The position numbers and the translations under genes are program-made. 64,000 nucleotides of DNA, taken from positions 43,173 through 107,172 of the forward strand of contig DATDFQ010000024.1 of NCBI GenBank assembly GCA_036522515.1. Reading direction: 5' to 3'. Within the stretch, counting starts at the first letter, position 1, and each line of letters begins with the position of its first letter. The notes under the pieces are model-generated. The model was given only the letters and a program-made list of their open reading frames with translations, was not told the origin of the DNA and did not search any database. The DNA comes from Bacteroidota bacterium (GTDB taxonomy: Bacteria > Bacteroidota > Ignavibacteria > UBA10030 > SZUA-254). Shown here piece after piece: positions 28,305-37,108 of this stretch.

Positions 28305-30731
28305 GTGCCGGACCAGGGGGAAACGCAATTCAGGGAAGAGCTTCAGCGCAAAGCTGAAGAGACGAAGCGTCGCACCTTCGAGGAGGAATCGCGCAAAATC
28401 GCAAGGGAGGCGGACGAGCGCGCCCGCGAACACACCAAGAACCGTCTGGCAGAAGACTCCCAGGCCTACGCCAAGAAGCTTCGCGAGGCGCAGGAAGAGC
28501 GCCAGCGGCTGGAGGCATCGCTCAAGACTCAAGAAGAGGCAATTCTCGGCAGGATCCGGAAAGAGGCTTCGAAGAAGATCGAGGCCCGCCAGCGGCAGGA
28601 ACAGGAACTCCGCCGCAAGGAGCAGGAAGAGAAGAGGGCGGTAGAAGAGGCCGAACGTAAACGGAGGGAAGAAGAGCTCCGTGCCGCCGCGGAGAAGGAC
28701 CGGGCGCGCCGCGAGGAAGAGCGGGCGAAAATCCTCGAAGCCGAGAAAAAGCGGAGCGAGGAAGAACGCGCGCGCAAAGAAAACGAGATTAAGCGCAAAG
28801 AGGAGGCGCGCCGTCAGAAGGAAGAAGAAGCCCGGGCCCAGGGCCGCGAGCGCGAGGAACGGATCCAGTCGCTGATCGCCCGCGCCGAGGTATTCTTCGC
28901 AGACGGAGACCTCGAGCACGCTTCCGTTGAGGTGGCGAAGGCCCTCGTCAACGACCCCGCGAACGCAAAGGCCCTCGAGATCGAGCGCCAGATCAAAGAG
29001 GCGCAGGGAAAGAAAACCGGAGGAAAAGAGGGAGCCGAAAAACCAGCAAAGAAAGAACGCCCCCTCCACCTCGCAGGCTCCCCCATCACGGCGAAGAAAA
29101 AGGCTTACGCGTCCGCCATGATGGTCGTGGCCGTCATTGCCATCCTCGTCGTGAGCATACTGGTCATCCTCGAGCTCCGGAGAAGCAGTCCGACCAAGAC
29201 AATTTCGATCGCCGTGCTGCCCTTGACCAGCCCGTCGGATGTCCCCGAAGACAGGGCGCTCGGATCTTCGCTCGGCGAGGTGACGGCTGCAGGGCTCCGG
29301 GGCTACAAATCGTTCATCGTCATGGATTTCGCCTCCGCCTATCAGCTTGCGCGGAAGTCCCCGGAACCGGATCAGGCCGCCTTCCGTCTCGGTTTCCGCT
29401 ACGCGCTCCGGGGGTCGATCTTCCGGACTGCCACCGGATACGCCATCAACGTCAAGATGATCGATTCTCTCCGCAACCCTGTCTGGGAACAACATTTTGA
29501 GACACCCGCGGAAAGCCTGGCAGTCGTCGGAGAACAGATTCCGATGCAACTCGCCTCCGCGATGGGCTCGGAGCTCGCCGAGAGGCCCTCGGGGTTCGCC
29601 TCACGAAGAGGCCGGCCGAACAATGTGGCGTATGAGTTGTACATGCGGGGGTTGGAACTGACCCGCCGCGTCACCCCGGAAAGCACGCAGAATGCCCTCG
29701 TCCTGTTCCAGGAAGCGGCCCGGCAGGATGAAAACTTTCCTGAAGCGCTCGCCTCCGCCGGCGCCGTCCTTGCGACCCGCGTCGAACGGAACTGGGAGGG
29801 GACCGAGCCCGCGCTCTCCCAGGCCATGGACTTTGCGACGCGCGCCGTCTCGCTCGACCCGTCGATCAGCGAGGGGTACCGCGTTCTGGGCTCCATCCGT
29901 TCGCAGCGGAATGATAATAACGCCGCCCTCGCGGTGATTGATACCGCGCTCCGGTACTCGCCGAGCTCCGGAACGAACCTCTTAACCCGCGCCAAGGTCC
30001 TTTTGAAAGTGGGCAAGTACAAGGACGCCCTCGCGGTGCTCGGGAAAGCCTACGCGCTCGATCCGTTCGACCCCGACCTCCTGCATGTCTATGCGGTCGC
30101 GCACCGCCTCGCAGGCACCACGCGCGAGGGGAGGAGTTATTCGGTGAGCGCAGCCCAATGGTCCGGGGATTCAGCCAGCTATCTCGTGGGGCCTTTTGCG
30201 GACGCGGTGGTGCTCGACCCCGACCTTTCCCTCACGCAGAGCGACCGCGTGGCGGCCGCATGCCGGGAGAAGTTGCGGGCGGAACCGGGTGATTACTCGA
30301 CGATGTACCGTTTGGCCCGGCTGCTCCAGGTGACTGGCAAGCCGGTCGATGCCGGCGCCCTCCTGGCAAAAGGCGAAACGATTCTCCGTTCCGCGGTCCA
30401 GAAGGACCCCAAGGACGTGCGGGCCATGACGTACCTCGCCCTGACGCTCACCCGCCAGGGGAAATTTACCGAGGCGGCCGATCTCGCGCTCAAGGCGGAT
30501 AAGGCGGGAAAGGACAATCCCGAGGTGAAGTACCGGATCGCGCAGATGTACTCGCTTCAGATGTACTCGCAGAAAGAGAAAAAGATCGATGAGAAAGCGA
30601 AGGAGAACGCACTCCGCGCCCTGAGCGACGCCGTCAGGCTGAGTTACCGCCTCGACGAGCTTGCGAGCGCGGATTTTTACAACCTTTCGGACCAGCCGGA
30701 ATTTCGGACAGCCATCGAACAGGCGATGTAG
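28305..30731 (+). CDS. membrane protein: N-terminal cytoplasmic E/R/K-rich single-alpha-helix (about 250 aa), one TM, periplasmic TolB-N-like domain, C-terminal TPR repeats
   Basis: EEERARKENEIKRKEEARRQKEEEARAQGREREER... charged helix. TM MMVVAVIAILVVSILVILEL. ISIAVLPLTSPSDVPEDRALGSSLGEVTAAGL...FRLGFRYALRGSIF... (TolB_N-like). TPR-like C-terminus. Likely GTG start at 28305 (GAGAGGG SD 7 nt upstream); the ORF track starts at ATG 28215. Confidence 0.6.
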   Translation: MPDQGETQFREELQRKAEETKRRTFEEESRKIAREADERAREHTKNRLAEDSQAYAKKLREAQEERQRLEASLKTQEEAILGRIRKEASKKIEARQRQEQELRRKEQEEKRAVEEAERKRREEELRAAAEKDRARREEERAKILEAEKKRSEEERARKENEIKRKEEARRQKEEEARAQGREREERIQSLIARAEVFFADGDLEHASVEVAKALVNDPANAKALEIERQIKEAQGKKTGGKEGAEKPAKKERPLHLAGSPITAKKKAYASAMMVVAVIAILVVSILVILELRRSSPTKTISIAVLPLTSPSDVPEDRALGSSLGEVTAAGLRGYKSFIVMDFASAYQLARKSPEPDQAAFRLGFRYALRGSIFRTATGYAINVKMIDSLRNPVWEQHFETPAESLAVVGEQIPMQLASAMGSELAERPSGFASRRGRPNNVAYELYMRGLELTRRVTPESTQNALVLFQEAARQDENFPEALASAGAVLATRVERNWEGTEPALSQAMDFATRAVSLDPSISEGYRVLGSIRSQRNDNNAALAVIDTALRYSPSSGTNLLTRAKVLLKVGKYKDALAVLGKAYALDPFDPDLLHVYAVAHRLAGTTREGRSYSVSAAQWSGDSASYLVGPFADAVVLDPDLSLTQSDRVAAACREKLRAEPGDYSTMYRLARLLQVTGKPVDAGALLAKGETILRSAVQKDPKDVRAMTYLALTLTRQGKFTEAADLALKADKAGKDNPEVKYRIAQMYSLQMYSQKEKKIDEKAKENALRALSDAVRLSYRLDELASADFYNLSDQPEFRTAIEQAM

Positions 30732-30776
30732 CATGAAAACAACGACCATGTTTCAGAAGCAATCTCCCCTGCCGTT

Positions 30777-32363
30777 ATGCTAACGAAGAAAAAAGTCCTC
30801 AGCCCGGAAGACAACGCCAGAAAGAAACAGGCGAGCGAGCTTCTGAAGAGCGCAGACAAATTCATGAAGGCGGGAGACATCGACAGCGCGATCGTCGAGA
30901 TCGACAAGACGATCGAGCTCGACCCGCAGAATTTTTACGCCAGGGCCTACAAGGAGCGCCTCCGGAACATGAAGAAAGGGGGCAGGGCCGGAGGACCGGA
31001 CTCCCCCCAGACCGCCGGACCCCAGGCTGCCCTCCCGCAAGCCGCCGCTCCGCCGGCGGCGCAACAGCAACCGGCCGAGATCAAGGCCGAGAGAAGCGAT
31101 GTCTCTGACGCGATCAGGAGGCGCGCGGAGGAAGCGAGGCTAAGGCAGGCCGAACAGCAAACCGCCCCGGAAACGGCGGCAACGCAGCCGGCGGACCCGG
31201 CGACGGCTGTTCCCGAACAGATGCAGAAAGCGGCCGAGGCCCCCAAACGGACCGACGAAGATCAGAAGAGAAAGGCGCTCGAGCTCGAGATCGTTCAACG
31301 GCGGGAACAAGATCAGCGGATGAAGGCCGAGCAGGACCGCGCCCTCGCCGCCGAGGCGCAGAAAAAACTCGTCGAGGATCTCCGGCGCCAGGAAACGGAA
31401 TCGACCAAAAAGCTCGATGAGGAACGTCTGCGGACGGAGCTTGAGAAAAAGCGCATCGAGGAGGAAACCCGGCGGAAGGAAGAGCAGGCGAAGATCGTAG
31501 AGGAAACCCGCCGCAAGATTGAGGAACAAAAGCGGCGCCTGGAGGAAGAAACCCGGGCCAGGACGGAGCGCGAAGCCAAACTCAAGGCGGAAGAAGAGAA
31601 AAGGCGGCTGGAAGAGGAAGCCCGCCGGAAAATCGCCGCCGAGGAACGCGCGAAGCGCGAAGAGGAACAGCGAAGAGAGCTCGCCGCGGCGGAAGAACGA
31701 AGGCGCGTCGACGCCGAAAACCGCCGCCGCCTCGAGGAAGTGGCCCGCCAGAAGGTGGAGCTGGAGCTCCGGCGGCAGCTCGAGGAGGAGAAGACGCGCA
31801 AGCACGAAGAGGATGTCGCCCTGCAGGCCGCCCGCGAAGAGGGAAAGCGGGATGCTCGCGACGCGAAGATCCAGGAGTTCCTCAACCTCGCAAGGCAGCA
31901 TCATGTCCAGCAGGCCTACGACAAGGCCCTGCTTGAGATCGCGAAAGTCCAGGCGATCGACCCCCGGCACGCGGAAGCGGGAGACCTCGAAGCGAGCATC
32001 AGAAGAACTCAGAGCGCGCTCCTCTCCGCGCACGTGGAAGCGTCGCGAAAGGTTCCCCCCGAGGTCTTATCGGGCATCTACACCCGGGCCCTCCGGGAAG
32101 CCTGGGCGGGGGGAGAGGCAACCACGGAGGTAAACCTCATCCTCCTCGAATGGCGCGGAGTTCTCGGGATCAGCGAGGAGGAACATCAGAAGCTCGAGGA
32201 GAAGGCAAGGGTTGAGATTTACACGCAGGCGCTGAAGCAGGCGTGGCAAGGAGGGTCGGTTTCGAGCGGCGCGGCGGATCAGCTCCAACAGCTCCGGACC
32301 GGGTTGAAGATCTCAACGGAGCAGCATCTCCAGCTCGAGCAGGCGGCCCGCAAAGGCGGCTAA
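30777..32363 (+). CDS. soluble protein: N-terminal TPR-like hairpin, about 250-aa E/R/K/A-rich single-alpha-helix, two C-terminal ~60-aa repeats (IYTxALxxAWxGG...LGISxEEHxxLE)
   Basis: KFMKAGDIDSAIVEIDKTIELDPQNFYARAY motif, paralogous to FFADGDLEHASVEVAKALVNDPANAKAL in the upstream protein. ...RRKEEQAKIVEETRRKIEEQKRRLEEETRARTEREAKLKAEEEKRRLEEEARRK... The antisense ORFs 31140..32033 and 31313..31885 are low-complexity artefacts. Confidence 0.6.
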   Translation: MLTKKKVLSPEDNARKKQASELLKSADKFMKAGDIDSAIVEIDKTIELDPQNFYARAYKERLRNMKKGGRAGGPDSPQTAGPQAALPQAAAPPAAQQQPAEIKAERSDVSDAIRRRAEEARLRQAEQQTAPETAATQPADPATAVPEQMQKAAEAPKRTDEDQKRKALELEIVQRREQDQRMKAEQDRALAAEAQKKLVEDLRRQETESTKKLDEERLRTELEKKRIEEETRRKEEQAKIVEETRRKIEEQKRRLEEETRARTEREAKLKAEEEKRRLEEEARRKIAAEERAKREEEQRRELAAAEERRRVDAENRRRLEEVARQKVELELRRQLEEEKTRKHEEDVALQAAREEGKRDARDAKIQEFLNLARQHHVQQAYDKALLEIAKVQAIDPRHAEAGDLEASIRRTQSALLSAHVEASRKVPPEVLSGIYTRALREAWAGGEATTEVNLILLEWRGVLGISEEEHQKLEEKARVEIYTQALKQAWQGGSVSSGAADQLQQLRTGLKISTEQHLQLEQAARKGG

Positions 32364-32380
32364 CCTGATGTGCCGGATTC

Positions 32381-32409
32381 GTCGGTAGCCGCAGCCTTCA
32401 GGCTGCGCT
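32381..32409. repeat. A-family hairpin (inverted orientation: TCGGTAGCC + gcagccttcaggctgc)
   Basis: tcgtcggtagccgcagccttcaggctgcg, overlapping the stop of the DUF309 gene. Confidence 0.7.
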
Positions 32410-33262
32410 ACGATCCCTGAGGCAAAGCAATCATCGGAGGAGGCGCGTCTTTTACCTTCGTCTCTCCGTTCCCCGCAGATCTCCTGATCGCAAGCAACCC
32501 CACCTGCATCGAATCGATCAACGGCTTCAAAGCGATTCCGCCATCGAGGTGCTCGAACTCGACGAACTTCTGTAGCGCCTTCTCGAAGAGATAGACCGCG
32601 CTGCCGGCCTTGTGGAGCTTGATGAAACTGTACGCGGCGGCCATCTGCACGAAACCCTGCACGTACGTCTTGGCGTCCGATTCCTGGTCGCGCCAGACGT
32701 CTTCGAACGCCTCGTGGGCTTCCCAATGGTACCCTTCGTTGAAGAGCCGCACGCCGTCCCTGAACCGTTCCGAGCGCACCACCTCGGTGATTTCGACCCT
32801 AAGATCGGGGTTTACCGGCTTGTGAAACTGCAGCTTCGGTATCAGATTATGATTGAACTCCTGAACGCCGGCGGGGCCGAGGCGTTCGGCCTCCTTCTTC
32901 CCTTCCTCGATGAACTTCAACAGCGGCTTGACCAGAACTCCCAGGTACTCGGGCTCGAAGACGGCAAGTTTTTCGTACGACTTGTCGAAGTTATTCAATA
33001 ATCCGCGGTGGCTCGCCTTCGTCAGGAGTTGATGATACGCCGCGGCGAGTTGGATCAGCGCCTGGAAAAACAAACGCTCGTCTTCCTTGTGCCTCAGCCA
33101 GACCTGTTCCCACGCCTCGTGGGCGTTCCAGAACTTGCAGGCGTTGAATAATCTCACGCCATGTTCGAACTCCGCCCAATCTTCCGCGCTCATCGCGAGC
33201 TCCTTCAACGGAGCGCGATTGATCTCGGATGGTTTCTTCTTCTGAGGGCGCGTGCTTGCCAT
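32408..33262 (-). CDS. tandem DUF309-domain protein
   Basis: Two copies of the F(N/E)xxxxWEAHExWExVW core (GVRLFNACKFWNAHEAWEQVWL... and GVRLFNEGYHWEAHEAFEDVWR...). Start at MASTRPQKKKP (ATG about 33262). Confidence 0.7.
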   Translation of the reverse strand: MASTRPQKKKPSEINRAPLKELAMSAEDWAEFEHGVRLFNACKFWNAHEAWEQVWLRHKEDERLFFQALIQLAAAYHQLLTKASHRGLLNNFDKSYEKLAVFEPEYLGVLVKPLLKFIEEGKKEAERLGPAGVQEFNHNLIPKLQFHKPVNPDLRVEITEVVRSERFRDGVRLFNEGYHWEAHEAFEDVWRDQESDAKTYVQGFVQMAAAYSFIKLHKAGSAVYLFEKALQKFVEFEHLDGGIALKPLIDSMQVGLLAIRRSAGNGETKVKDAPPPMIALPQGS

Positions 33263-33291
33263 AGGGGATGATACGAAAAGGGGATGAAAAT

Positions 33292-34377
33292 TCAAACAGT
33301 TTGATTCCCCGCGGGGACGTTCCAGAATCCGGGAATCGACGCGCTGCAATGCGGACACCGGCCGTCAGCGAGCGCGTTCCCGAGAACGGTGAATCCCCTC
33401 CGTTCGATGAGGAGACGCTTGCAGGAAGGACAGTAGGTGTTTTCATGACGGCCCAACTGGCCGGGGAGGTTTCCCGCGTACACGTAGTGGAGACCGCTTT
33501 CCTGCCCGATTTCCGCGGCCCGGACGAGCGTTCGGGCCGGTGTGTTGCCCGTGTCCATCATCTTGTAATCGGAGTGGAAGGCCGTCACGTGCCAGGGGAT
33601 CTGCGGAGAAACGGAGGCGATGAACCGCGCGATGTCCCTGATCTCCCCCTCGGAGTCGTTGTATCCCGGGATCAGGAGAGTCACGATTTCGAGCCAGATC
33701 TTCATCTCGTGAAGCCGCCTGATCGTATCGAGCACGTGATCCAGCACGCCGCCGAGCTTCCGGTATCGCTTGTCGTCGAACCCCTTCAGATCGACCTTGT
33801 AGAGGTCCACCCACGGCCTGATATACTCAAGCACCTCGGGCGTCCCGTTCCCGTTCGAGACGTACGAAGTGACGAGTCCGTACCGCCTCGCCATCTTGAA
33901 AATCTCCACCGCCCACTCGCTGGTGATCAACGGTTCGTTGTAGGTGCTCGTGACGATCCTGGCGCCGCGCTCGATTGCAAGGGTTACGAAGTCTTCCGGG
34001 GTGAGGAATTCGGGGGGAGAAACCGCGGAGGGATCGCGGATCGCCTGGGAGGTGACCCAGTTCTGGCAATATCCGCAGTGGTAGTCGCACCCCAGCATGC
34101 CGAAGCTCATCGCCCGGCTTCCGGGGAGGGCATGGAAGAACGGTTTCTTCTCGACGGGATCGAGCTGGAGGGCGCCGACATACCCCCAGGGGACATAGAG
34201 CTTTCCGTCGCGATTGAAGCGGACCCGGCAGATCCCGTCCTTCCCCGGGCCGATGACGCAGCGGTGACCGCAGGCGAAGCACTCGAGTTTGCCGTCCCCC
34301 AGTTCCCGGCACAGCTCGCCCGACCGGGTATGCCTGGCGAGAAGTTCCTTGAGGGTCAGTTCATCAGTTTCCGGCAT
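33292..34377 (-). CDS. AmmeMemoRadiSam-system-type radical SAM enzyme (PflA-like activase fold)
   Basis: N-terminal Cys cluster CFACGHRCVI...GICRVR. Radical-SAM CDYHCGYCQNW. C-terminal YCPSCKRLL...GRCPHC. The AMMECR1 and MEMO1 partner genes are not present in this window. Confidence 0.75.
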   Translation of the reverse strand: MPETDELTLKELLARHTRSGELCRELGDGKLECFACGHRCVIGPGKDGICRVRFNRDGKLYVPWGYVGALQLDPVEKKPFFHALPGSRAMSFGMLGCDYHCGYCQNWVTSQAIRDPSAVSPPEFLTPEDFVTLAIERGARIVTSTYNEPLITSEWAVEIFKMARRYGLVTSYVSNGNGTPEVLEYIRPWVDLYKVDLKGFDDKRYRKLGGVLDHVLDTIRRLHEMKIWLEIVTLLIPGYNDSEGEIRDIARFIASVSPQIPWHVTAFHSDYKMMDTGNTPARTLVRAAEIGQESGLHYVYAGNLPGQLGRHENTYCPSCKRLLIERRGFTVLGNALADGRCPHCSASIPGFWNVPAGNQTV

Positions 34378-34472
34378 CGCATTTTTCCGCCGCCTCCCTC
34401 CTGCAATATAAATCTAAATCGGAGGATGTCAAATCAGGATCAACTCCACAACTCCCGGACTTTTATCTCCGC

Positions 34473-34575
34473 CCGTCATCCCGACATGTTTCAGGTCGGG
34501 ATCTTTCTATCTTGTTCCCACACAGAGCACCGAAACGAGGGATAAGATGCTGACCTGAAGCATGTCAGCATGACG
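34473..34575. repeat. C-family hairpin (inverted), degenerate B-family copy, and C-family stem variant (GCTGAC/GTCAGC)
   Basis: tcatcccgacatgtttcaggtcgggatctttc; ttcccacacagagcaccgaaacgagg; gctgacctgaagcatgtcagcatgacgag. The compensatory CCCGAC to GCTGAC / GTCGGG to GTCAGC change keeps the hairpin. Confidence 0.75.
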
Positions 34576-34589
34576 AGCTGGATAGCGCA

Positions 34590-35480
34590 CTACTTCGCGA
34601 GCTTCCTGAGGAGTGCGAGGTTCATCCTGTCCTCCTTGAGGTCCTCCCCCTTCGGCGTCTCGAGGATCTTCGGGATTTGTGCCAATCGTTCGTCCTTCAT
34701 CAGGCACCGGAATCCCTCCTTCCCGATCTCTCCTTTTCCGATATGTTCGTGCCGGTCGACTTTCGAGCCGAGCGGCTTTTTCGAATCGTTGATGTGAATC
34801 GCCACCAGGCGGCGCAATCCGACGATCTGGTCGAACTCGGTGATAGTCTTTTGGTAGGCCTCATTCGACCTGATGTCGTAGCCGGCTGCAAAAATATGGC
34901 AGGTATCGATGCACACGCCCATCCTGGCGGGATCGTCTACTTCGTCGATGATCGCCCTGAGCTGCTCGAACCGGTGGCCGATCGCGGATCCCTGTCCAGC
35001 TGTAGTTTCGAGGACGCTCATGACTTTAAAACCCTGAGTCGCTTCGTGCGCCTGGTTCAGGGACTCGACGATTTTCTTGATCCCCTCCTCCTCCCCCGCG
35101 CCCATATGGGCTCCGGGATGGAAATTGAGGTAGGGAATCCCGAGCGCGTCGCAGCGCTGCAACTCATCGATGAACGCCTCGCGGGATTTTTCCAGGATGG
35201 AGAGGTCGGTCGCGCAGAGGTTGATCAGGTATGAATCGTGAGCGACGACAGGCCTGATTGTTGATTTCGAAGCGGCGGTTTTGTAGTTTGCGATGGCCTC
35301 TTCGCTGAGGGGCTTCGCGCGCCACTGATTGCTGTTCTTCGTGAAGACCTGGAGCGTCCTGCAGCCGGCGCGGTCGCCTCGCTCGAAGGCCGTTTCGATT
35401 CCGCCGGCGATCGATTCGTGCGCGCCGATGAGAGGACCGTCGAGAGGAGTGGCGATATTCTTTTTGCTTTTACCGGGCAT
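34590..35480 (-). CDS. nfo: endonuclease IV (AP endonuclease, TIM-barrel)
   Basis: ...LIGAHESIAGG...HDSYLINL...LNFHPGAHMG...ETTAGQGSAIG...CIDTCHIFAAGYD...AIHINDSK metal-ligand motifs. Confidence 0.9.
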   Translation of the reverse strand: MPGKSKKNIATPLDGPLIGAHESIAGGIETAFERGDRAGCRTLQVFTKNSNQWRAKPLSEEAIANYKTAASKSTIRPVVAHDSYLINLCATDLSILEKSREAFIDELQRCDALGIPYLNFHPGAHMGAGEEEGIKKIVESLNQAHEATQGFKVMSVLETTAGQGSAIGHRFEQLRAIIDEVDDPARMGVCIDTCHIFAAGYDIRSNEAYQKTITEFDQIVGLRRLVAIHINDSKKPLGSKVDRHEHIGKGEIGKEGFRCLMKDERLAQIPKILETPKGEDLKEDRMNLALLRKLAK

Positions 35481-35536
35481 CGATGCCTAATATAAGAACC
35501 TCCCGCTAAAGTTCAAGAATCAAGATTACCAGAAGA

Positions 35537-36700
35537 GTGTCCGCCAAAAAGAAGAAATTGGTCGTCGGGTTGATGTCGGGGACGTCGGCGGATGGAATTG
35601 ACGCAGTCCTTGTCGAAGTGACGGGCTCCGGCGCCGGAACGCGCGTCCGGGAACTGGAATTTCAGACCTATCCGTACCACCCCGCGTTGAAGAAATTCAT
35701 TCTCAAAAACTCGGATCCGGACACGGCGCGCCTCGACGATGTGACGAGGCTTAACGTCCTTCTGGCGGAGTTGTTCGCCGACGCGGTAAAGAAGATCGTC
35801 AGGCGCTCGGGGAGGAAGTTGGAAAAGATTGACCTGATCGGGTCGCATGGGCAGACGATTCAACATCAGCCCCTTCTGAAAACGATGTTCGGACAAAGGA
35901 TCCGTGGCACGCTCCAGATCGGAAGCCCGTCGGTGATCGCGAAGCTCACCGGCGTCGCCACTGTGGGCGACTTTCGCCTCGCCGACGTGGCGGTGGGGGG
36001 ATCCGGGGCTCCCCTCGTTCCGTATGTCGATTACATTCTGCTCCGCTCGCGGAAACGGACCCGGGCGGCGCTTAACATCGGCGGAATCGCAAACCTCACG
36101 CTGCTTCCCAGGGGATGCTCGCTCAAGGACGTGATCGCGTTCGATACCGGACCAGGCAACATGGTGATCGATTCTCTCGCGCAGAAGTTTTTTGGAAAAT
36201 CCTATGACCGGGGAGGAGCGATCGCGTCCCGGGGGCGGCTCCTCGCTTCGCTCTTGAGCTGGATGGTTCGGCATCCCTATCTGAAACGAAGGCCGCCGAA
36301 ATCGACGGGTCGGGAGATGTTTGGCCGGCCGTTCATCCGGGAGATTCTGCGCCGATCAAAGGGGGAAGCAAAGGAAGATATCATTGCCACGGCGTCCGAG
36401 TTCACGGCCCTCAGCATTTATTTGGGGTACCGGCAGTTTCTCCGGCGAAGGGCAACGGTCGACGAACTTCTCGTAAGCGGGGGTGGATCTCGGAACGATT
36501 ATGTGATGAATGCCTTGAGAAGGTACTTTTCCGGTGCGAAGGTTTCCACGACTGACAACACCCCTCTTCCCTCTCGGGCCAAGGAAGCGATCTGCTTCGC
36601 GGTGCTCGCGAATGAAACGATGAGCGGGAACCCTTCAAACGTGATGGGCGCGACGGGGGCAACGAGGGAGACGATCCTCGGGACGATTTGTTTACCTTGA
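35537..36700 (+). CDS. anmK: anhydro-N-acetylmuramic acid kinase
   Basis: LVVGLMSGTSADGIDAVLVEV...GSHGQTIQHQP...DFRLADVAVGGSGAPLVPY...FDTGPGNMVID full-length AnmK pattern. Confidence 0.85.
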   Translation: MSAKKKKLVVGLMSGTSADGIDAVLVEVTGSGAGTRVRELEFQTYPYHPALKKFILKNSDPDTARLDDVTRLNVLLAELFADAVKKIVRRSGRKLEKIDLIGSHGQTIQHQPLLKTMFGQRIRGTLQIGSPSVIAKLTGVATVGDFRLADVAVGGSGAPLVPYVDYILLRSRKRTRAALNIGGIANLTLLPRGCSLKDVIAFDTGPGNMVIDSLAQKFFGKSYDRGGAIASRGRLLASLLSWMVRHPYLKRRPPKSTGREMFGRPFIREILRRSKGEAKEDIIATASEFTALSIYLGYRQFLRRRATVDELLVSGGGSRNDYVMNALRRYFSGAKVSTTDNTPLPSRAKEAICFAVLANETMSGNPSNVMGATGATRETILGTICLP

Positions 36701-37080
36701 AGAGGAAGAGCCCGCAGCCTAAAGGCTGCGGCTACCAAAAGAATGCAGCAGAGGCACCGGTAGCCGCAAGCTTTAGCTTGCGGGCTTTCTTGTCGGCGCA
36801 GAGCGCCGACGTATGCGTTCCCACGCAGAGCGTGGGAACGAGGAAAGAGAAAGGTCCAGAGGTATCGGTAGCCGCAAGCTTTAGCTTGCGTGAAACGTAA
36901 CGCAGCCTAAAGGCTGCGGCTACCAAGAGAAAGGTCCAGAGGTATCGGTAGCCGCAAGCTTTAGCTTGCGGGCTTTCTTGTCGGCGCAGAGCGCCGACAT
37001 ACGCGTTCCCACGCAGAGCGTGGGAACGAGGAAACGGTAGGGGCATCGGTAGGCGCAAGCTTCAGCTTGCGCTCTTCAAG
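36700..37080. repeat. largest hairpin-repeat junkyard: about 8 A-family hairpins (both orientations), 2 B-family units and 2 GTCGGCGC-AGAG-CGCCGAC hairpins, including an internal ~160-bp duplication
   Basis: cccgcagcctaaaggctgcggctacc...ggtagccgcaagctttagcttgcg...gtcggcgcagagcgccgac(g/a)tatgcgttcccacgcagagcgtgggaacgagg... repeated twice. The ORFs 36688..36900 and 36732..37058 are artefacts. Confidence 0.85.
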
Positions 37081-37108
37081 ACTCGAACGCCGCTCGAGGT
37101 GGCCCCTC

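Noticed and set aside
31140-32033. Minus-strand ORFs (297 aa, 190 aa) and the plus-strand 31519..32133 ORF within the ER/K-rich gene
   Set aside because: Low-complexity Leu/Phe/Arg or Ser/Arg translations of GAA/GAG/CGC-rich DNA. Artefacts of compositional bias.
34473-34510. C-family hairpins followed by T-rich tracts (…gtcgggatctttc…) as Rho-independent terminators
   Set aside because: In most copies the T-tract is on the strand opposite to the converging upstream gene, so a conventional terminator role is not supported. They may still act on antisense transcription, but I do not call them terminators.
36688-37058. ORFs 36688..36900 (+) and 36732..37058 (-) in the repeat junkyard; likewise 12885..13127, 8975..9271, 8982..9296, 22015..22209 and 58874..59077
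   Set aside because: Entirely encoded by hairpin repeats (translations such as VILSEAKDL, SLRMT, AASFSLR recur). They are repeat artefacts, not genes.
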